From Malacoraja senta (taxonomy: Eukaryota), in NCBI GenBank assembly GCA_038087875.1, contig JAXLNO010000080.1, positions 55,716 through 75,715 on the forward strand: a stretch of 20,000 nt of DNA, written 5' to 3'. Position numbers and translations under genes: made by a program. The notes beneath the pieces were generated by a model. It searched no databases and had not been told where the DNA came from. It worked only from the letters and a program-made list of their open reading frames with translations. Shown one piece after another: positions 10,352 to 19,967 of this stretch (position 1 is its first letter; each line of letters opens with the position of its first letter).

Positions 10352-11487
10352 CTGGGAGGAGCTGGCCAAAGTTGACTGGAAAGATACACTAGCAGGGATG
10401 ACAGTGGAACAAAAATGGCAGGTGTTTCTAGGAATAAGGTGCAGGATCAGTTCATTCCTAGGAGGAAGAAAGATTCCAAGGGGAGAAAGGGATGAGACCA
10501 TGGCTGACAAGGGACGTCAGGGACAATATAAAAATTAAAGCGAAGAAGTACAACGTAGCAAAGATGAGCGGGAAGCAAGAGGATTGGGTAATGTTTAAAG
10601 AACAACAGAAGATAACCAAAAAGACAATATGGGGAGAAAAGATGAGGTACGAAGGTAAGCTAGCCAAGAATATAAAGCAGGATAGTAAAAGCTTCTTTAG
10701 GTATGTGAAGCGGATAAAATTAGTTAAGACCAAAGTTGGACCCTTGTAGACTGAAAAAGGTGAATTTATTATGGAGAACAAGGAAATGGCAGATGAGTTG
10801 AACAGGTACTTTGGATCTGTCTTCACTAAGGAGGACACAAACAATCTTCCTGATATAGTAGTGACCAGAGGATCTGGGGTGACGGAGGAGCTGAAGGAAA
10901 TCCACATTAGGCAGGAAATGGTGTTGGATAGACTGATGGGACTGAAGGCTGATAAATCCCCAGGGCCTGATGGTCTGCATCCCGTGGGAATTTAAGAAAG
11001 TGACTCTAGAAATCGTGGACGCATTGGTGGTAATTTTCCAATGTTCTATAGACTCAGGATCAGTTCCTGTGGATTGGAGGGTAGCTAATGTTATCCCACT
11101 TTTTAAGAAAGGCGGGAGAGAGAAAACAGGGAATTATAGACCAGTTAGCCTGACATCCGTTATCCACTTTGGTAGCAAAAACAGCAAGGCAGATTACTAT
11201 ATAAATGGCGTCAAGTTGGGAAAAGGGGAAGTACAACGGGATCTGGGGGGTCCTTGTTCATCAGTCTATGAAAGTAAGTATGTAGGTAGAGCAGGCAGTG
11301 AAGAAAGCAAATGGCATGTTGGCCTTTATAACAAGAGGAGGAATATAGGAGCAAAGAGATCCTTCTGCAGTTGTACAGAGCCCTAGTGAGACCACACCTG
11401 GAGTATTGTGTGCAGTTTTGGTCCCCTAATTTGAGGAAGGACATTCTTGCTATTGTGGGAATGCAGCGTAGGTTTACAAGGTTAATT
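10352..11487 (+). mobile_element. CR1 ORF2 fragment C with a ~580-bp internal deletion
   Basis: PWLTRDVR, DSKSFFRYVK, KSPGPDGLHP, then NYRPVSLTS fused directly to VIHFGSKN at ~11157-11160, then RPHLEYCVQFWSP. Confidence 0.9.
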
Positions 11488-12247
11488 TGACGCAATTTAG
11501 ATAGTAATCTGCCTTCCTGTTTTTGCTACCAAAGTGGATAACCTCACATTTATCCGCATTAAACTTCATCTGCCATGCATCTGCCCACTCCCCCAACCTG
11601 TCCAAGTCACCCTGCATTCTCATAGCATCCTCCTCACAGTTCACACTGACACCCAGCCTTGTGTCATCTGCAAATTTGCTAATGTTACTTTGAATCCCTT
11701 CATCCAAATCATTGATGTATATTGTAAATAGTTGCGGTCCCAGCACCGAGCCTTGCCGTACCCCATTAGTCACTACCTGCCATTCTGAAAGGGACACGCT
11801 AATCCCTACTCTTTGTTTCCTGTTTGCCAACCAATTCTCTATCCATGTCAGCACTCTACCCCCAATACCATGTGCCCTAATTTTGCCCACTAATCTCCTA
11901 TGTGGGACCTTAGCAAATGCTTTCTAAAAGTCCAGGTACACTACATCCACTGGCTCTCGCTTGTCCATTTTCCTAGTTACATCCTCAAAAAATTCCAGAA
12001 GATTTAGTCAAGCATGATTTCCCTTTCGTAAATCCATGCTGACTTGGACCGATCCCGTTACTGCTATCCAAATGTGCGGCTATCTCATCTTTTATAATTG
12101 ACTCCAGCATCTACCCCACCACCGATGTCAGGCTAACTGGTGTATAATTCCCTGTTTTCTCTCTCCCGCCTTTCTTAAAAAGTGGGATAACATTAGCTAT
12201 CCTCCAATCCACAGGAACTGATCCTGAATCTATTGAACATTGGAAAA
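11488..12247 (-). mobile_element. CR1 ORF2 fragment D (RT core), inverted relative to C
   Basis: GVRQGSVLGPQLF, SKFADDTRLG, WQMKFNADKCEVIHFG; collinear with fragment A (~770-1513). Confidence 0.92.
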
Positions 12248-13129
12248 AAATAGAATCATTTGAAAGAATAATAACATTAGCTTTATTCATTGGAAAGAAT
12301 AAACTGAATTTGAATAGTCAAGAGAAACACCGCTATTTTAGATTTTAATCAGTCGGATGTAGCAAAAACATTTGTTCCCTTTTTAGTGAAGACACCATCA
12401 TTGTAATAGGAGAACACATCACAATAACATTTGAAGAAGTACATCAGTTTTACAAACTACATTTCAATCATTTAATCCCGTTCATTTAATCCACTATTAC
12501 CAATGAAGAATAATGTCTGAAGTTTACTGACCTTCTGCAGAGGAACTTGTGTGGAATTCTGGAGAAGCAGCAACGTGGCTTTGAGCCCAGCACAGGACAA
12601 GCTGAGGTTCCCTCACACTGCACAGTAACTGACACTGCCTCTTGTCAAACTAAATGACACACCCCCTCCAGCTCAGGTTTCCGGCACCACTGGTGTTGAT
12701 ACAAATGGGTTCAGATATAGAATTATACAACAAATAAAGATTCCTTCTGGAATCGAACTTGCACCTTTGCGATTTTGAACATTTCGAATGGATCTCAAAT
12801 GTGAGAGCTCCAGGTGCTTTGCTGCAACCTGCTGGGCCTGATGTTCCACGTGAGAGTACATGCAATCCAGGGAGGTCCTGCCATTTCATGATGAAAAAAC
12901 CTCCATAGAGGGTTGTGTTCATTAAACATGCTGGCAATTCCATTGCACCCATTAGGATAAACTGAACCATTCCCGGAGAGAGGATTGGCCCTGGTGAAAG
13001 GAGAAAGAACATACTGTTTCCTCACTTGCCTTTTCATGGGAAGGAGCCCACAGATTTCACCATGGGAAGCTTTCACTGTCCTAATGAATGTCCACCATTA
13101 TTGGTCAGCTGAGCAAAACCTCGAATGAC

Positions 13130-13520
13130 ATTAAAAGAAGCAAGAGTACAGAGTGTACACTGGGTGTGGACCACAGCATCCATCATTGGGAGTGACTTGG
13201 TCACACGACCATTCACGGAGATGGCCAAACCATGAAGGATGTTTCTGCCACGCTCTTTCTACAGCAGGTAGAGAATGAGCCAACACAAGGGATTGACCTA
13301 CTTGACCTCCTCCTCTCCTGTCCACCTGCAACAGGATCAGCCATGATCGTATTGAATGGCGGTGCAGGCTCGAAGGGCCGAATGGCCTACTCCTGCACCT
13401 ATTTTCTATGTATCTATGTATCTATGTAACAGGTGAATCTGTTGACCATGGCTTTGGCAGAAATCAGAAGACCATTGCTCAGTTCTCATTGAGGACAATG
13501 TTTTGTCATTGCACCAAAGT
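13130..13520 (+). mobile_element. Highly decayed LINE APE-endonuclease fragment (older family)
   Basis: ARVQSVHWV...IHHWE*LG...LQQVENEPTQGIDLLDLLLS resembles APE motifs (GDFN..H..W; Q.V.EPTR...LDL.L). It resumes after the 92-bp insert and may extend upstream to ~12830. Confidence 0.6.
13336..13427 (+). mobile_element. 92-bp CR1 3'-end insertion with a 6-bp target-site duplication
   Basis: ATCAGCCATGATC...GGCTCGAAGGGCCGAATGGCCTACTCCTGC...(TCTATGTA)n, flanked by AACAGG at 13330-13335 and 13428-13433. Confidence 0.88.
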
Positions 13521-13564
13521 CATCCCATATTGCTCTGACTGGCACAACAGTTTTTGATGTCATC

Positions 13565-13902
13565 TTCCCAAAGGAGCTGCAGAGGCTGAGACATTGACTA
13601 TGTTCAAGGTAGAGGATGATTGACTATGAACTCAACAGAAGTCAGGAGACGTGGGGAAAGTGGGAAGGTGGTGTTGAGACCAATATTGGATCAGCTGTAT
13701 GGGCCTGAAAAATTGTGCTCCCTCGGACTTTATTCCTTGGAGTGCAGGAGGCTGAGATAGTTGAATTATTGAGGGGAATAGATAGGCTGAATGAACAGAG
13801 CCTTTTACCCAGTGTGGGGGTATCAAGAACCAGAGGACACGGGTTTGAGGTGAGATGATAAGGTTTAATATGAACACGAAGGGCATCCTTTACATTCAAA
13901 GG
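13565..13902 (+). mobile_element. Old CR1 3'-region fragments (two abutting pieces)
   Basis: Degenerate matches to CR1 C-terminal coding and 3' sequence (GGACTTTATTCCTTGGAGTGCAGGAGGCTGAG, AGAACCAGAGGACAC..GTTTGAGGTGAG); the second piece continues at 14534. Confidence 0.65.
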
Positions 13903-13914
13903 TTAAAGGATTCA

Positions 13915-14533
13915 AACAAGAGGAGTTGAGTATAGAAGCAAAGAGGTCCTTCTGCAGTTGTAGGGCCCTAGTGAGACCACACCTGGAGTATTGTGTGCAG
14001 TTTTGATCCCCTAATTTGAGGAAGGACATTCTTGCTATTGAGGGAGTGCAGCACAGGTTTACAAGGTTAATTCCAGGGATGGCGGGACTGTCATATGCTG
14101 AGAGAATGGAGCGGCTGGGCTTGTATACTCTGGAGTTTAGAAAGATGAAAAGGGATCATATTGAAACATATAAGATTATTAAGGGTTTGGACATGCTAGA
14201 GGCAGGAAACATGTTCCTGGTGTTGGGAGAGTCCAGAACCAGAGACCACAGTTTAAGAATAAGGGGCAAGCCATTTAGAACGGATATGAGGAAAAACCTT
14301 TTCACACAGCGGGTTGTGAGTGTGTGGTATTCTCTGCCTCAGAGGGCGGTGGAGGCCGTTTTGCTGAATGATTTCAAGAGAGAGCTAGATAGGGCTCTTG
14401 AAGATAGTAGAGTCAGGGGATATGGGGAGAAGGCAGGAACGGGGTACTGATTCGGGATGATTAGCCATGATCACATTGAATGGCTGTGCTGGCTTGAAGG
14501 GCCGCATGGCCTACTCCTGCACCTATTGTCTAT
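13915..14533 (+). mobile_element. 5'-truncated CR1 copy with intact 3' end, nested in an older CR1
   Basis: ORF 14016-14450 (FTRLIPGM, LYTLEFR, SRTRDHSLRIRG, FTQRVV, GYGEKAGTGY*) followed by the 3' UTR and TATTGTCTAT tail. Confidence 0.92.
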
Positions 14534-14743
14534 CAAGGGTAGAAGGTATATGTGATGAGCTGCCAGAGGAGGTAGTTGAAGCAAGTACTAACATTTCAAT
14601 TAAAAGACCCTTGAATAGGTTCATGGAAAGGAAATGTTTCAAGGGATATGGGGCAAATGGAACTAAGTTTGATGAGGAAACTAGGTCAGCATTGACGTGT
14701 TGCAGCTGTTTCTGTGCTGTACCTGTGGTTGCATGACTCTGAC
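14534..14743 (+). mobile_element. Continuation (3' end) of the older CR1 broken at 13902
   Basis: RVEGICDELPEEVVEA...FKGYGAN parallels RVVAVWNELPVEVVEA...MEGYG of element B; ends CTGTTTCTGTGCTGTA...ATGACTCTGACT. Confidence 0.75.
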
Positions 14744-14749
14744 TTAGTC

Positions 14750-14893
14750 CTGATAGCTGTGTGAGAGCATCTTCACCAAAAGTATTGCAGAACTTCAAGA
14801 AGGCAGCTCACCACCATCTTCTCCAAGGTAGTTAGGGATGGATAATAAATATTGACTTTGATGCTGATATTAGTAAAAACTAATTGGAATAAA
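14750..14893 (+). mobile_element. 3' end of an old LINE (LQNFKKAAHHHLL C-terminus)
   Basis: TTGCAGAACTTCAAGAAGGCAGCTCACCACCATCTTCTC..TAGGGATGGATAATAAAT resembles, from memory, the ORF2 end and 3' UTR of a LINE family common in chondrichthyans. Confidence 0.55.
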
Positions 14894-15352
14894 TCTTCTC
14901 CTTTGCACCATACTGTAGATTATCTGCCACAATTTATCCCAATCACTGACAAACACAGATACTTGAGCTTCTCTGCCTTTTAGTTACTATCCTTATAATA
15001 AATGCATCCTCAGCACACACAGATATGTTCTGTTCTCACGTTTTTAAAAAAAATTACACAATAGAATTATACAGAATAACTTTTAAATGTAAAGGGTAAA
15101 TAGAGAAGTTGTATCTGAAGATAACATCAGCGTAAAAGAGGAAGGATCTGTGTTAGGCCATGTTTACACTTCTGTTTGCACCAGATAAGACAGTGTGATG
15201 ATCCCAGTGTTTAGAATGTGAGAATGACAGACAGTGTGGGTTGGAGGGGGAGATGAGACAGATTCAGGAGCTGGGGAAAAATATCAAAACAGAGGGTTAG
15301 CAGCAATAAAAATGAATTGTATTTCACTGCAGAATTCACACAATATGGGGGA

Positions 15353-16474
15353 ATTCAGATTCAGATTCAGATTCAACTTTATTGTCATTGTGCAGTGTAC
15401 AGTACAGAGACAACGAAATGCAGTTAGCATCTCCCTAGAAGAGCGACATAAATATGAGCAATAAATAAATCTAATAAATCCTGGTGGGCGGAGTGTCTGG
15501 GGGGGGGGGGTGATTGGCAGTCACCGAGGTACAGTGTTGAGTAGTGTGACAGCCGCAGGGAAGAAGCTGTTCCTGAACTTGCAGGTCCGGCAACTGAGAG
15601 ACCTGTAGCGCCTGCCGGATGGTAGGAGGGAAAACAGTCTGTGGTTGGGGTGAGAGCAGTCCTCCATGCTGAGTGCCCTTCGCAGACAACGCTTTCTTTG
15701 GACAGACTCAATGGAGGAGAGTGAGGAACCGGTGATGCGTTGGGCAATTTTCACCACCCTCTGCAGTGCTTTCCGGTCGGAGACAGACCAGTTGCCATAC
15801 CATACTGTGATGCAGTTGGTAAGGATGCTCTCGATGGTGCAGCGGTAGAAGTTCACCAGAATCTGAGGAGACAGATGGACCTTCTTTAGTCTCCTCAGGA
15901 AGAAGAGACGCTGGTGAGCTTTCTTGACCAGAGTTGAGGTATTGTGGGTCCAAGAGAGGTCATCGGAGATGTTGATCCCCAGAAACCTGAAGCTGGAAAT
16001 ACGTTCCACCTCCGTCCTGTTAATGTGGATGGGGGTGTGCGTGCCGCCCCTAGACTTCCTGAAGTCTACAATGAGCTCCTTGGTCTTCTTGGAGTTAAGG
16101 GCCAGGTTGTTGTCAGCGCACCATGCTGCTAGGAGCTGGACCTCCTCCCTATAGGCCGACTCATCGTTGTTAGTGATGAGGCCAATCACCGTTGTATCAT
16201 CTGCATACTTGATGATGGTGTTAGTACCATGTACAGGTGTGCAGTCATAGGTGAATAGGGAGTAGAGGAGGGGACTCAACACACAGGGTGAGGGTTGAAG
16301 AGGTGTGCTTGTCTAACCTAACAGACTGGGGTCTGTTCGTTAGAAAGTCCAGTATGCAGTTGCAGAGGGAGGGGTCGATGCCCAAGTCACCGAGTTTGGT
16401 GATCAGTTTAGAGGGTATGATGGTGTTGAATGCTGAGCTGTAACCGATGAACAGCATTCTTACGTAAGTGTCCC
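15353..16474 (-). mobile_element. Rex1/Babar-clade LINE, 5'-truncated, with (TGAATC)n tail
   Basis: [107 protein letters not shown]; tail (ATTCAG)n at 15353-15375; small deletion removes the GVPQG motif near 16285. Confidence 0.92.
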
Positions 16475-17149
16475 TTTTTATTGTCTATAACTTTTATTTG
16501 GAGGTCTATTCTTTCTATGTGGGGGGGTGGGGTGGGGGGGAACTGTTTTAACCCCAGTTCTACCTGGTCGGAGATGCGTTTTTCCTCCAAATCGCATCTT
16601 CGCTCTCCCCATGCGGCCTTCCATCGGGCTGGAGCGGCGTTTCCTGCCGGGACCACAGCTTCGGCGGCACAGCGCTGGGACACCAACAAGGAGCGGGCGA
16701 TGTCTGCGGTCTGAGGGCGTCCCGCAGCGGGCGGGCGGGCGGCGCTGGATCGAAAACACCACGGAGTTAGAGTCGAAGCTCCAACGGGCGTCGCAGTCTC
16801 CGGGGAAGGAGCGGCCGCTCCAGACACTTCCAAGCAGCTGAGGACCTACCACCAGCTACCCGGCAGGTGGGCCTACAACATCGGGCTGCCGTTGCGGCGA
16901 CTGGCTGCGGAGGCCTCAAACTGGCCCCGAACTCGAGTGGAATAGGAGGAGGACTGGACAGTTTGGTGCCCTTCCCTCACAGTGGAGAGTGTCGACTCTG
17001 CTGTGGGGGGATGTTCGTGTTGAATTTCTTATAGTGTGATGTGTCTTTTTTTCTACAGATAATTTTCTCTGTAAAGCACTTTGGCTTCATTGATTGAAAT
17101 TGATTGAAAAGTGCTATATAAATAAATGTACTTTACTTTACTTTACTTT
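16475..17149 (+). mobile_element. GC/CpG-rich non-coding interspersed element with an L2-like 3' tail (unclassified, SINE-like)
   Basis: CpG-rich core ~16560-16940; 3' stem AGCACTTT (17075-17082) / AAAGTGCT (17108-17115), then AATAAA and (TACTT)4. The 5' boundary is uncertain. Confidence 0.55.
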
Positions 17150-17271
17150 GCCACCCTTAAATTCCAACTATCACTCTAATCTCCCAGCTGTCCCTCTAAC
17201 TCACTCTATTTCGCCACCCTTATTTTCCAGCTACAGTTAAAGGTTACACACCATAATATCATGTTTATTAT

Positions 17272-17689
17272 TATAGAAGATTGAGGGGGGATCTTATAGA
17301 AACGTACAGAATTCTTATGGGGTTGGACAGGCTAGATGCAGGAAGATTGTTCCCGATGTTGGGGAAGTCCAGAACAAGGGGTCACAGTTTAAGGATAAGG
17401 GGGAAATCTTTTAGGACCGAGATGAGAAAAACATTTTTCACACAGAGAGTGGTGAATCTCTGGAATTCTCTGCCACAGAAGGTAGTTGAGGCCAGTTCAT
17501 TGGCTATATTTAAGAGGGAGTTAGATGTGGCCCTTGTGGCTAAAGGGATCAGGGGGTATGGAGAGAAGGTAGGTACAGGATACTGAGTTGGATGATCAGC
17601 CATGATCATATTGAATGGCGGTGCAGGCTCGAAGGGCCGAATGGCCTCTACTCCTGCACCTATTGTCTATGTTTCTATGTTTCTATGTT
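17272..17689 (+). mobile_element. 5'-truncated CR1 copy with intact 3' end
   Basis: RGDLIETYRIL, SRTRGHSLRIRG, FFTQRVVNLWNSLP, GYGEKVGTGY*, 3' UTR and (TCTATGTT)n tail. Confidence 0.93.
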
Positions 17690-17879
17690 ACATACCAGTT
17701 TATAGGTTGAGTACAAAGATACAAATTTATTTATTAAGAATACAAAGATGCTAAAGTAGAAATTAGTAACTTGTTTAGTATCTTGTTTACTGGATAAATG
17801 ATTTAATTAAGTGTTGCTAAATGACTAACAATCACGTGAGTTGAAGTAAAATAAGCTGATGTCTGATTACGTAAAATAG

Positions 17880-18311
17880 TTTTTTAAATTATTTATTTTT
17901 TATTTATTCAAAGCAAATGAACAAAAATAGAACCAACGGCTTATAAAATAACACAGTTATGGTACAGGTTCAATTTTAACTTTTTAGCTTTAGTTGGAAG
18001 AAAAGGAAGGATAAAAAGCAGGAAAGAGAAAAAGTGAAATGTCCAAAGATAGAACCCCTAGACTACCAAAGTGTAGCCAAAGAGTGGATAAAAGAAAGAA
18101 AGAAGAGAGGATTAGAAAAAAATAAAAGGACAAAAAGAAAAAGAGAAAGAAAAGTGTTGGTATACCTGCCTCTCGTCCCTCCCCACCCACCTCACCCAAC
18201 CCGTAATTAGATTTAAGTCCAAAGTTGTGTTGAGCCATACTATCCTTGTAATAAATCAATGAATGGTGTCCATGTCTTGGAAAAATGGTCTGGTTTTTCT
18301 GCCAAGACAAG
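17880..18311 (-). mobile_element. Probable L1-clade LINE 3' fragment
   Basis: Minus strand reads VLAEKPDHFSKTWTPFIDLLQG* (resembles the F.K.W.PF C-terminus of fish L1-clade ORF2), then a G-rich and T-rich 3' UTR ending in AATAAA and an A-rich tail at ~17908-17880. Confidence 0.6.
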
Positions 18312-18726
18312 TCAAAGAGTAGAAGTAAACGGGTCCTTTTCAGAATGGCAGGTGGTGACTGGTGGGGTACCGCAAGGCTCAGTGCTGGGACCCCAGCTAT
18401 TTACAATATACAGTGGCTTGCAAAAGTTTTCATACCCCATTGAACTTTTGCACATTTGTCACGTCACAACCACAAACGTAAATGTATTTTATTGGGATTT
18501 TATGTGATAGACCAACACAAAGTGGCGCATAATTGTGAAGTGGAAGGAAAACGATACATGGTTTTCAAATTTTTTTACAAATAAAAAACTGAAAAGTGTG
18601 GCGTGCAATTACGTTTGTGGTTGTAACGTGACAAAATGTGGAAAAGTTCAAGGGGTATGAATACTTTTGCAAGCCACTGTATATTAATGATTTGGACGAG
18701 GGAATTGAATGGAACATCTCCAAGTT
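18312..18726 (+). mobile_element. Short internal CR1 RT fragment split by a Tc1 element
   Basis: QRVEVNGSFSEWQVVTGGVPQGSVLGPQLFTI; removing the insert plus one TA restores T-I-Y-I-N-D-L-D-E-G-I-E. Confidence 0.9.
18411..18679. mobile_element. Non-autonomous Tc1/mariner element (269 bp) with TA target duplication
   Basis: TA|CAGTGGCTTGCAAAAGT...ACTTTTGCAAGCCACTG|TA; imperfect inverted arms of ~70 bp; no transposase ORF. Confidence 0.95.
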
Positions 18727-18742
18727 GGTCTAGTCTATATTT

Positions 18743-18747
<5 letters not shown>

Positions 18748-18782
<35 letters not shown>

Positions 18783-18800
18783 CTGTCTGTCTGTCTGTCT
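18748..18800. repeat. Compound (TG)n-(TCTG)n microsatellite
   Basis: Directly visible. Confidence 0.97.
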
Positions 18801-19967
18801 CCCTCCCCACTATTTCCCCTCTCTCCCCCCACCCCCTCTCCCCTCCCTCCACACTCTTCCCCCCTCTCCCCTGCCCCATCTCCCTCCTCCCCTCCCTCCC
18901 CCATCCATCCCCCCCCTCCCCCACACCTCTCTCCTCCCCCTCTCCATCTCCCTCTCCTCCTCTCCTCCTCCCACCACCTTCCCTCCCCACCCGCTTCCCC
19001 TCTCACCCCCACCCTTCCCCCTCCCCACTCTTCCCCCTCCATCCACACTCTCCCCCCTCAACCCCCTACCCCATCTCTCTTCTTGCCTCCCTCCCCCTCC
19101 CCCCTCCCCCCTCCACCCTCCCCCACACCTCTCTCCTCCCCCTCTCCATCTCCCTCTCTTCACCCCTCGCCCTCTCCTCCCCCTCCTCTTCCCACCCCAC
19201 ATCCCTCTCTCCCCCACCCCCCTTCCCTCTCTACCCCACCCCCATACCTCTCTCCCCACGCCCCTTTCCCCTCTGTCCCTCTTCCACCACTCCCCCTACC
19301 CCTCCCTCCCAACTCTTCCACTTCTCTCCCCCTTACCCTACCCCTCTCCCTCTCCCTCCCCACCATTCTCTCTCCCCCTCCCTTCCCCCTCCCTCCCCTC
19401 TCTCCCCCACCCCTTCCCCTACCCCTCTGTCCCTCTTGCACAACTCCCCTGTCCCTCTTCCACCACACCCCCTACCCCTCTCCCCCTGCCTCCCTCCCCA
19501 CTCTTCCACTTCCTCCCCTCCTCCCACTCCCACTCTCCCTCCACACTCTTTCCCCTCTCTCACCCCACCCCTCTCCCCCTCCCTCCACACTCTTCTTCCT
19601 CCCTCCCCTACCTCATCTCCCTCCTCCCCTCCCTCCCTCTTCCCCCACACCTCTCTCCCCATCCCCATCCTTCTCTCCTCCCGTCCCCCACCCCTCTCTC
19701 CTCCCCCTCTCCATCTCCCTCTCCCTCTCCTCCTCCCACCCCCGTCCCTCTCCCCCCACCCCCTTCTCTCTCCACACTCTTCCTCCTCCCTCCACACTCT
19801 TCCCCCTCCCTCCCCTACCCCATCTCCCTAATCCCTTCCCTACCCTATCCCTCCCCCACACCTCTCTCCCCCCCCCATCCTTCTCTCCTCCCGTCCCCCT
19901 TCCATCTCTCCCCCGCCCCCTTCCCCCTACCCCTCTGTCCCTCATCCACCACTCCCCCTACCCCTCC
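18801..19967. repeat. ~1.17-kb C/T-rich low-complexity tract with internal reshuffled repeats
   Basis: Very few G on the + strand; e.g. CCACACCTCTCTCCTCCCCCTCTCCATCTCCCTCTC occurs at both 18921-18956 and 19123-19158. Confidence 0.95.

Noticed and set aside
12650..13076. Minus-strand ORFs of 62-120 aa as a host gene
   Set aside because: No recognisable homology; the region may be the decayed upstream part of the old + strand LINE.
16408..16852. Overlapping ORFs of 77-141 aa on both strands
   Set aside because: Expected in GC-rich sequence; no recognisable domain.
16978..17020. CACAGTG as a V(D)J recombination signal heptamer
   Set aside because: No ACAAAAACC-like nonamer at 12 or 23 bp and no adjacent V, D or J segment.
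17147..17235. Imperfect repeat GCCACCCTTA..TTCCA.CTA
   Set aside because: Two short degenerate copies with no further structure.
18575..19945. Long Pro/Ser/Leu-rich (+, 360 aa) and Gly/Arg/Glu-rich (-) ORFs
   Set aside because: They are by-products of the C/T-rich tract, which rarely contains stop codons; several frames are open at once and one starts inside a TG microsatellite.
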